Source: Planctomycetota bacterium (lineage in GTDB: Bacteria > Planctomycetota > Planctomycetia > Pirellulales > Lacipirellulaceae). Taken from it: DNA of 64,000 nt. The translations under genes and the position numbers were made by a program. The notes under the pieces were generated by a model. That model searched no databases. It saw nothing but the letters and a program-made list of their open reading frames with translations, and was not told where the DNA came from. Shown in pieces: positions 57,477 to 64,000 of the stretch. The first letter of the stretch is position 1; each line of letters begins with the position of its first letter. The stretch is from NCBI GenBank assembly GCA_039188275.1, contig JBCCZD010000001.1, positions 7,010 to 71,009 on the forward strand, read 5' to 3'.

Positions 57477-57504
57477 GGCGTGGTCGATTCTTCGGCCGCG
57501 CCCC
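57477..57504 (+). terminator. candidate terminator after CCEP gene 1
   Basis: 11-bp stem gggcgtggtcg / cggccgcgccc (two G-U pairs) with a 6-nt loop, followed by ccgcugUUUaU. Confidence 0.35.
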
Positions 57505-57609
57505 CGCTGTTTATAGCGAGCGAAAAACGGGGTTCTACGGTTATCGGCCGAAACGCACGAGCGGGAACCGAAGCCGAAAAAACCCTTGAATTACGCATAG
57601 TGCCTTTGT

Positions 57610-57638
57610 TGACAAATCGGTGCAGCCTGCCTAGCCTC
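57610..57638 (+). promoter_or_regulatory. candidate sigma-70-type promoter of CCEP gene 2
   Basis: TTGACA-N17-TAGCCT. Same -35 hexamer and the same TAGnnT -10 pattern as upstream of gene 1. Confidence 0.25.
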
Positions 57639-57794
57639 ATACCAAACGCTGCGGGCGACTGCAGCCAGGCGGATTACAAACTCGTGCCACACGCCCGCCG
57701 TTGGCCGCTCAGCCGGCGGGCTGAGCACCCCGGATCGACGCTGCATGGCGGCATCCTTCTACGCTGAGCCACCGAACTTTGGAGAGTCCCGAGA

Positions 57795-58202
57795 ATGAAG
57801 CTTTCTGCCCCCCTGCGGATGCTGGCCATCGCCGGCTTGGCGGTCTGCCTTAGCGGAGTCGCTGCGACCGACGCCGAGGCCGGACTGTTTGAGAAGCTCA
57901 AGGCGATGTGCTGCAAAAAGAAGTGCTGCCCGCCGCCGACCTGCTGCGAGCCTGCGCCGGAGCCGTGCGGCTGTGAAGCCCCCGCGCCCACCGATTGCGG
58001 CTGCGGCGCCGCCCCGGCGACGGGCGAAGTCATTATCAGCGAACGCGTGATCGAGTCGTCGCCCGCCGACGCCCCGACCCCCGCGCCCGAGCCGCCGTCT
58101 ATGGACGATGAAGCTCCCGCCGCGCCGGACGTCGAAGCCCCGGGTGCGCCGGACGTGGAGGCGCCTAGCGCCCCGAGTGTAGAGGTTGAGGTCGAGGCCT
58201 AA
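57795..58202 (+). CDS. secreted cysteine-rich paralog with an acidic Pro/Ala tail
   Basis: Signal peptide MKLSAPLRMLAIAGLAVCLSGVAATDAEA. The mature N-terminus GLFEKLKAMCCKKKCCPPPTCCEPAPEPCGC parallels gene 1. APDVEAP-type repeats at the C-terminus. Confidence 0.7.
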   Translation: MKLSAPLRMLAIAGLAVCLSGVAATDAEAGLFEKLKAMCCKKKCCPPPTCCEPAPEPCGCEAPAPTDCGCGAAPATGEVIISERVIESSPADAPTPAPEPPSMDDEAPAAPDVEAPGAPDVEAPSAPSVEVEVEA

Positions 58203-58232
58203 GCGTCCCGCGCTGTGAGAAACGTTCCGCAA

Positions 58233-58270
58233 GCGGCCCGTCGGCATGACCGGCGGGCCGCTTTCGTCTT
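58233..58270 (+). terminator. intrinsic terminator after CCEP gene 2
   Basis: 12-bp GC stem gcggcccgtcgg / ccggcgggccgc (one mismatch) with a 5-nt loop, followed by tttcgtctt. Confidence 0.55.
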
Positions 58271-58336
58271 GCGCGGTTGCGCGTCGCCTGCTAGAAGCGG
58301 CAACCGGAAGCACTTCCCGGAGACCAACCGTCGGCC

Positions 58337-59134
58337 ATGTCGTTTCTTGTCACCCTCGACAGCTTCTACGGCCCGCTCGATTTGCTGCTGCACCTCGTGC
58401 GGAAGCATGAGCTCGAGGCTACGAAGCTGCCGGTCGCGACCGTGACGCAGCAGTACCTTGAGTACGTGGCGGTCCTCGAGCAGCTCGACGTCGATTCGAT
58501 CGGGGACTTCCTCGAAGTTGCTAGCACGCTGGTCGAACTCAAGTCGCGTCTGGTGCTGCCACGCTTCGACGACGAAGAGCCGGCCGAGGAGGCGGAAGGG
58601 CCAAAGGACGACCTTGTCAGGCGGTTGCTAGAGTTCAAGAAGTACCGCGACGCCGCGGCTGAGCTCGAGCAGCAGGGCGCCGAGTGGCGGCGGCGGTTTG
58701 CCCGTGTGGCGCTAGAAGCCCCTGAGCGGGGCAGCGCCGCTGAGGAGCAGCCGATCGCTCAGGTCGAGTTGTGGGACCTCGTTTCGGCGTTTGGTCGGGT
58801 CATGCAAGACAGGCTCGAGCCCCCGGCTGCGGCGACTATCCCCTACGACGACACCCCGGTGCACGTCTTCATGCGTCGTGTGTACGACCGGCTGCAAAAC
58901 GATGGCCCGACGGCATTCAGCAACCTCTTCGCGGTCACGGTCGACCAACCGACCGTTCACAAGTCGACGCTCATCGCGACCTTCCTGGCCGTGCTCGAAC
59001 TCGTCCGCCACGGCCACGCCCTCGCCGAACAATCCGAGCGGTACGGCGACTTGCTGCTCCGCCTGGGTGGCAAACAACTAACGAACGCCGCGGCGGGGCG
59101 TGTCTCGGTGGCGGCGGAGACAGACACGGCGTGA
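58337..59134 (+). CDS. scpA: segregation and condensation protein A
   Basis: FYGPLDLLLHLVRKHELE, ELKSRLVLP, and a C-terminal winged-helix region. Confidence 0.88.
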   Translation: MSFLVTLDSFYGPLDLLLHLVRKHELEATKLPVATVTQQYLEYVAVLEQLDVDSIGDFLEVASTLVELKSRLVLPRFDDEEPAEEAEGPKDDLVRRLLEFKKYRDAAAELEQQGAEWRRRFARVALEAPERGSAAEEQPIAQVELWDLVSAFGRVMQDRLEPPAAATIPYDDTPVHVFMRRVYDRLQNDGPTAFSNLFAVTVDQPTVHKSTLIATFLAVLELVRHGHALAEQSERYGDLLLRLGGKQLTNAAAGRVSVAAETDTA

Positions 59135-59299
59135 ACCCTGCGTGCGCGGCGCCCGTCTGATTCTTTCGGCCGAAGGCGATTGCGTCGGACGGCTCTTGCG
59201 TCAGGCGGATGGTTCGTCCGCGGCCGCCTTACGCATTCTCGTCGCGCCACTACAATGCGGCTCTCTGATTGATCGCGTCCCCCCCAACCGCTGCCCGCC

Positions 59300-60139
59300 G
59301 TGGTCAACAACGCCCCCGTCAAGACGCTCAAGCACCGCGAGATCACCATCGAGGGCTACTCCCGCGCGGCGGTGCAAAGCTACTGGCGGGTGCCGGAGTT
59401 GAGCCTCGGCTTCGACCTCGGCGGTCAGCCGTGGTCGTTCATGGGGACCGAGCGGTGGTTCGTGTCGCACGGCCACCTCGACCACATCGCGGCGTTGCCG
59501 GTCTACGTCACGCGGCGGCGGATGATGAAGATGGAGCCGCCAACGATCTACCTGCCGGGCGCGCTCGTCACGCCGGTTCGAGAAGTCCTGAAGCAGTTCA
59601 GCCGGATGGACCGCGGCCGGGCGCCGTGCGAGTTGATACCCGTCGAGCCGGGTGAAGAGATTGAACTGTCACGCGAGTTGATCGTGTCGATCCACGCCAC
59701 GACGCACACGGTGCCGTCGGTTGGCTACGTCGTGTGGGACCGCCGAAAGAAGCTGAAGCCGGAGTACACCGACCTCGCCGGGCACGAGATCCGCGACCTC
59801 CGAGAGGCGGGGACCGAGGTCACACGCGAAGTACGGACGCCGATCATCGCGTACCTGGGCGACAGTTCTCCGCCGGGCCTGGACAACAACCCCGCGATGT
59901 ACCAGGCGCAGGTGCTGATCACCGAGCTGACGTTCGTCGACCCTAAGCACACCAAAGAGAAGATCCACAAGAACGGCCACATGCACCTGGACGACCTGGT
60001 GGATCGTGCGGGCGAGTTCAAGAACGAGCTGGTTATCGCCGGCCACCTGAGCACCCGTTACCACCCGAAGCAGGCCGAGGCGATGGTCAAGCGGCGGCTG
60101 CCCGACATGCTCGACGGCCGGCTGAAACTGTGGCTTTAG
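59300..60139 (+). CDS. MBL-fold metallo-hydrolase (RNase Z/ElaC-like)
   Basis: FVSHGHLDHIAALP (HxHxDH) and downstream His/Asp ligands (HATTHTV, GHMHLDD). GTG start. Confidence 0.78.
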   Translation: MVNNAPVKTLKHREITIEGYSRAAVQSYWRVPELSLGFDLGGQPWSFMGTERWFVSHGHLDHIAALPVYVTRRRMMKMEPPTIYLPGALVTPVREVLKQFSRMDRGRAPCELIPVEPGEEIELSRELIVSIHATTHTVPSVGYVVWDRRKKLKPEYTDLAGHEIRDLREAGTEVTREVRTPIIAYLGDSSPPGLDNNPAMYQAQVLITELTFVDPKHTKEKIHKNGHMHLDDLVDRAGEFKNELVIAGHLSTRYHPKQAEAMVKRRLPDMLDGRLKLWL

Positions 60140-60259
60140 GCGGCTTGGCTGTAAGCAGGCCAGTGAGTCGTGGGCGCTAGCGATCGGTATTGGCCGGGTT
60201 CATTTACCGCCGAGGACGCGGTGTAGCCGTGGATGAAGACGCTTGCCGCATCCGCTTCG

Positions 60260-60715
60260 CTACCCAGTCGTGTGAACGATGCAATACTTGCACCGGACCG
60301 TATAGGGCGGATCTCCCGCGGGCGGATTGATGCGGAGTCGTTGGGTGTCGCGTGACCGTTCCCGCACGGCGGACTCAATCGGCGCCACGAAGATCGATCG
60401 ATCGCCGGCGTAGCCGACGCCCAGGTTCTCGGCGGCCGACTTCGCCCGGCAGGCGACGTCAAACAAGAACCCGGCGTCGCCCCCTTCGACGCTAGCGGAC
60501 CAGTGGCGGTCGTCCGACATGCCCGAGGCGAACACAACGCCGCCCTGCTGGTGGACTTCTTGGTAAACCGGGGATTCGATTCCCGTGGCTGGCGTCTCTG
60601 TGAGCGCGTCGCCAACGCTCGCCACGCGGTGCTCGAAGCGGTCGCCCCCCCAGTGGAACTCAAGCGTCAAGGGCCCGCTCGTTAGCCGACCGACGACTTC
60701 CCCTAGCTTTGGCAT
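60260..60715 (-). CDS. hypothetical protein (151 aa)
   Basis: ATG-started ORF with balanced composition. No family recognised. Confidence 0.45.
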   Translation of the reverse strand: MPKLGEVVGRLTSGPLTLEFHWGGDRFEHRVASVGDALTETPATGIESPVYQEVHQQGGVVFASGMSDDRHWSASVEGGDAGFLFDVACRAKSAAENLGVGYAGDRSIFVAPIESAVRERSRDTQRLRINPPAGDPPYTVRCKYCIVHTTG

Positions 60716-60807
60716 CGCGCTCGTCCGCGTTAACCCGCGGCCTTATGTCGTGCTCGCGTCGCTGTGGCGCCTTGGTTGAGGACCGATGGCCGAAAACCGC
60801 TGCTCGG

Positions 60808-61936
60808 CTAATCGTCGTCGGCGCCGGCGTCTTCGATCGGCTGGCCGGCACGCCAGCGGAGGACCGCTTCGAGGAAGCCCTGGATGTCGCCGTCCAAGAC
60901 GTTGTGGAAGTTGCCTTGCTGGTACTTGGTGCGCGTGTCCTTGACCCGCTGGTCGGGGTGCAAGAAGTAGTTGCGGATCTGGCTGCCGAAGCCCGTCTTG
61001 GGCTGCTCGCCATACTTGATGGCTTCTTCAGCTTCCCGCTTCTCTTCCTCCGCACGCGCGAGCGCGGCGAGCATCATCTTGCGGGCCGTCGCGCGGTTCT
61101 TGTGTTGTGAGCGTTCGTTCTGGCACTGCACGACCGTGTTGGTCTCGAGGTGAGTAAGCCGGATCGCGGAGTCGGTCTTGTTGACGTGCTGGCCGCCGGC
61201 GCCGCTTGCGCGGTAGGTGTCTTCTCGGATGTCGGTCGCCCAGTTGACCTCGATGGTCGAGTCGTCGCTGATCTCTGGCGAGACGTCGACCGAAGCGAAG
61301 CTCGTCTGACGTTTGCCTTCCGAGTTGAACGGGCTGATCCGCACGAGACGGTGCATCCCCGTCTCGCCGCGGAGGTAGCCGTAGGCCATCGGCCCACGGA
61401 TCACGAACGAGGCGCTGTTGATGCCCGCCTCTTGGTTGTTGTCGCGGTCGAGCAGCTCGGCGGAGTAGTCGTGCTTGCCGGCCCACTGCAGGTACATCCG
61501 CAGCAGCATCTCGGCCCAGTCGTTGGCGTCGGTGCCGCCGTCGCGGGCGTTGATGGTGATGATCGCCCCCGCGGCGTCGTTCGAGCCGTTGAGCAGGGCC
61601 GACAGCTTGAGCTTCTCGAGCATCGCCTCGATGCGCTCGACCTCCGACTGCGCTTCGGGAGCAAAGTCGGCGTCCTCGTCGGCCATCTCGAAGGCGGCCG
61701 GCAGGTCGTCGGCTGCGGCGATCGCGTCGTCCAGCGGCGAGACGACCGCGACCAGGCCCTTCATCTCGCCGATGACGGTCTGGGCCTTCTCCTGGTCGTC
61801 CCAGAAACCCGGGGCGCCCTGCTCCGCCTCGATGGCGGTAATCCGATCCTTCTTGCCGGCGTAGTCAAAGAGAGTCCCTGAGCTGCATCAGGGCCTCCTG
61901 GATCGCGTCGGCGCGATCGTGCCATTCCTTGTCCAC
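60808..61936 (-). CDS. prfB: peptide chain release factor 2 (requires a programmed +1 frameshift)
   Basis: GGQ motif (SGAGGQHVNKTDSAIRLTH) and SPF (RISPFNS). The 23-codon ORF0 (GTG 61936, VDKEWHDRADAIQEALMQLRDSL) ends in CTT TGA C. The +1 frame continues DYAGKKDRITAIEAEQGAPGFWDD. Confidence 0.92.
61864..61870 (-). promoter_or_regulatory. RF2 +1 frameshift site CTTTGAC
   Basis: The plus strand reads gtcaaag. The in-frame TGA lies at 61865-61867 (minus strand). Confidence 0.9.
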
Positions 61937-62108
61937 TTTGAACGCTCCGCGGGGTGATCATTCAAGCCGGCATTCTATGCAGAGAGGGTGCTCCTCAGCG
62001 AGGCCCGGAAAGAAGAACCGCCAAGACGCCAAGACGCCAAGGTCGTAGAATCCGAAGAACGCCCGGCCCCGTCGCGCCAGCTTTCCGCCTTCCGCCTTCC
62101 GCCTTCCG

Positions 62109-63284
62109 ATGTCTTTGGTCGTTCTTGCCATGTCGGGCGGAGTTGATTCAAGCGTGGCTGCGCACCTGCTCTTAGCGCGGGGCCACGAGGTGATCGGCGT
62201 CTTCATGCGCCACGGCGAGCAGTCGCCGGCGGCCTGTGCGTCGTCCCCAACCTCCAGCCCCCAAGCCCCAGCCCCGAGCCCCCAGCCCCCAGCCCCGGCA
62301 GCGCAGCTGCCAATCGCCGGCTCGATTGTGAACGGCCGCCTCGACCACAAGCAGGGTTGCTGCACGGCGGCCGATGCCGAGGACGCCCGCCGCGTTTCCG
62401 ACCGGTTGGGCATCCCCTTCTACGCGCTCGACCTGAACGCCGAGTTTGCGCAGATCATGGACTACTTCGTCGACGAGTACGCCCGCGGCCGGACGCCCAA
62501 CCCGTGTGTGCAGTGCAACAACTGGATTAAGTTCGGCAAGCTGTTCGAGTACGCCGATTCGGTCAACGCCGAGTTCGTGGCGACGGGGCACTACGCCCGG
62601 CTCGCCGACTCGCTTGGCGGGCGCGGCGGCGAGCGGGCCCTGCTCCGCGGCGTGGACGCCGGCAAGGACCAGTCGTACGTCCTCGCCGGCATCAGGCGCG
62701 AGCTGCTGCCGCGGATGCTGCTGCCGGTCGGCGGTTTCGAGAAACCCCGCATCCGTGAGATCGCCGGCGGCCTCGGCCTCAACGTCGCTGAGAAGAAGGA
62801 CAGCCAGGAGATCTGTTTCGTCACCAGCGGCCGGTACGACCAGTTCGTCAAACGGCGCCGACCCGGCAATCAGAGAGTCGGCGAACTGGTGACTACCGAC
62901 GGTACTGTGGTCGGCACGCACGACGGCATCGAGGGCTTCACCGTTGGCCAGCGGAAGGGGCTCGGCGTGGCGCTCGGCCGGCCGGTCTTTGTCACGCGGA
63001 TCGAGGCGGAGACGAACCGCGTGGTCCTCGGCGACCGCGAGGAGATGCTCTGCCCCGAGCTTACCGCGAGCGACTGCAACTGGCTCGTCGACCCACCGAC
63101 CGGCGAGCCGGTGCGTTGCCAAGCCCAGATCCGCTACAACGCGCCGGCGGCGCCGGCGGTGATGCAGTTCGACGGCGACACGCTCTCCGTGAGGTTCGAC
63201 GAGCCACAGTTCGGCGTCGCCCCGGGCCAGGCGGTCGTTTGCTACGACGGCGATCGCGTGCTCGGCGGCGGGTGGATTGACTGA
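62109..63284 (+). CDS. mnmA: tRNA 2-thiouridine(34) synthase MnmA
   Basis: PP-loop LAMSGGVDSS, RGRTPNPCVQCN, and the DQSYVL-type region (KDQSYVLAG). Confidence 0.93.
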   Translation: MSLVVLAMSGGVDSSVAAHLLLARGHEVIGVFMRHGEQSPAACASSPTSSPQAPAPSPQPPAPAAQLPIAGSIVNGRLDHKQGCCTAADAEDARRVSDRLGIPFYALDLNAEFAQIMDYFVDEYARGRTPNPCVQCNNWIKFGKLFEYADSVNAEFVATGHYARLADSLGGRGGERALLRGVDAGKDQSYVLAGIRRELLPRMLLPVGGFEKPRIREIAGGLGLNVAEKKDSQEICFVTSGRYDQFVKRRRPGNQRVGELVTTDGTVVGTHDGIEGFTVGQRKGLGVALGRPVFVTRIEAETNRVVLGDREEMLCPELTASDCNWLVDPPTGEPVRCQAQIRYNAPAAPAVMQFDGDTLSVRFDEPQFGVAPGQAVVCYDGDRVLGGGWID

Positions 63285-63802
63285 GCGGCTTTTCTCAAGC
63301 AGGCCGCGGCGGACGCGCTGACGGGTCCCCTGGCGATACTCGAGGCGCCCCGTGAAGCGGTTTCTGTGCCTCGCCCTCGGTCTGCTCGCCGCTCCGCTCG
63401 CCGCCGCCGAGCGGCCGAAATCGTCTCCATCCTTTGCGACGACCGCGTGACGGTCGCCGGTTTCCTGAAGCAGCAGGCGAACCTCTACCGCGGGCGGCCC
63501 GAGCAAGCGGAAGAACTGCTCGCTCCGCTCACGGCCGACATCCAACGCGGCCGCAGCACCGTCGGCCCCCCCGGCGAAGAACGACGTTGGCGAGATCGTC
63601 CTCTGGAAGAGCGAGCGCCGGTAGCGGGTCCGCCGCAACCTCGCGGCAGCGTCTCGCTTCCGGTACGGTGAGGCGTCTTGCACACGCGTGATTCCTCCCG
63701 CTAGCACCCTGGATGTGGAACAGGAGACCGCAGAGTTAGCAGAGGGAATGAAACAGAGGGCTCCTCTGCTTCCCCTGCGACCTCCTGTTGAAAGAAAGCG
63801 AA

Positions 63803-64000
63803 ATGCCCAACCGCCTTGCCGACGAGACCTCGCCCTACTTGCTTCAGCACCGAGACAACCCGGTCGATTGGCGCCCGTGGGGCGAGGAGGCGCTCGCAAT
63901 CGCCAAGGCGGAAGACAAGCCGATCTTCCTCTCGATCGGCTACTCGGCCTGCCACTGGTGCCACGTGATGGAGCACGAGAGCTTCGAGGACGAAGAAATC
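63803..64000 (+). CDS. thioredoxin-domain protein (DUF255/YyaL-like), 5' fragment cut by the window end
   Basis: [66 protein letters not shown]. Not in the ORF track because there is no stop in the window. Confidence 0.8.
   Translation, partial: MPNRLADETSPYLLQHRDNPVDWRPWGEEALAIAKAEDKPIFLSIGYSACHWCHVMEHESFEDEEI

Noticed and set aside
57745-57767. Sigma-54-like TGGCGG-N5-TTCTA upstream of CCEP gene 2
   Set aside because: The conserved GC of the -12 element is missing. A sigma-70-like TTGACA/TAGCCT pair upstream, shared with gene 1, is the more economical explanation.
63350-63700. Possible decayed secreted or sulfatase-like gene (VKRFLCLALGLLAAPLAAAERPK, then IVSILCDDR in another frame)
   Set aside because: Only about 9 residues resemble a sulfatase N-terminus. 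Nothing downstream matches. The reading requires at least two frame changes. I left it unannotated as a roughly 500-bp gap of uncertain content.

Overview
High-GC chromosomal window. Gene content points to a Planctomycetota (Pirellulales-like) genome: several PEP-CTERM proteins with dockerin-like repeats, an H4MPT-type formyltransferase, many lipobox lipoproteins and a large membrane Ser/Thr kinase. About two thirds of the window is housekeeping: ppc, infC, thrS, rpsA, bcp, rsfS, argS, a dGTPase-like gene, accD, rpe, scpB, scpA, a Xer-type recombinase, prfB with its +1 frameshift, and mnmA.

Small lower-GC accessory patches interrupt this backbone.
- 1..1950: an islet inserted at the 3' end of ppc. 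It is bounded by a duplicate of the ppc terminus that differs only at synonymous positions, and it carries a zeta-like P-loop kinase frameshifted inside the Walker A motif.
- 27.4-28.3 kb and 36.6-37.3 kb: two decayed cassettes, each a small ORF followed by a nucleotidyltransferase-fold gene.
- 1233..1327 and 46858..46950: a ~95-nt three-hairpin repeat present in inverted copies.

The most unusual locus is 56.7-58.3 kb. Two adjacent paralogous genes encode signal-peptide proteins built from vicinal-cysteine CCEP repeats (roughly a quarter Cys and a quarter Pro). They share leader boxes and each has its own terminator. I do not recognise any described bacterial family for them.

Other oddities:
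- a two-TM protein whose termini carry the two halves of an acyl-carrier-protein fold in swapped order
- an isolated ftr gene coupled by an ATGA overlap to an exported amidohydrolase
- a P-loop NTPase with a TM hairpin inserted in the NTPase domain (KAP-like)
- an endostatin/DUF1554-like domain on a PEP-CTERM protein
- an orphan sigma-54 response regulator among PEP-CTERM cargo genes
- recurrent 13-18 bp tandem duplications

No rRNA, tRNA or CRISPR array was found. Long ORFs antisense to real genes are GC-driven artefacts.
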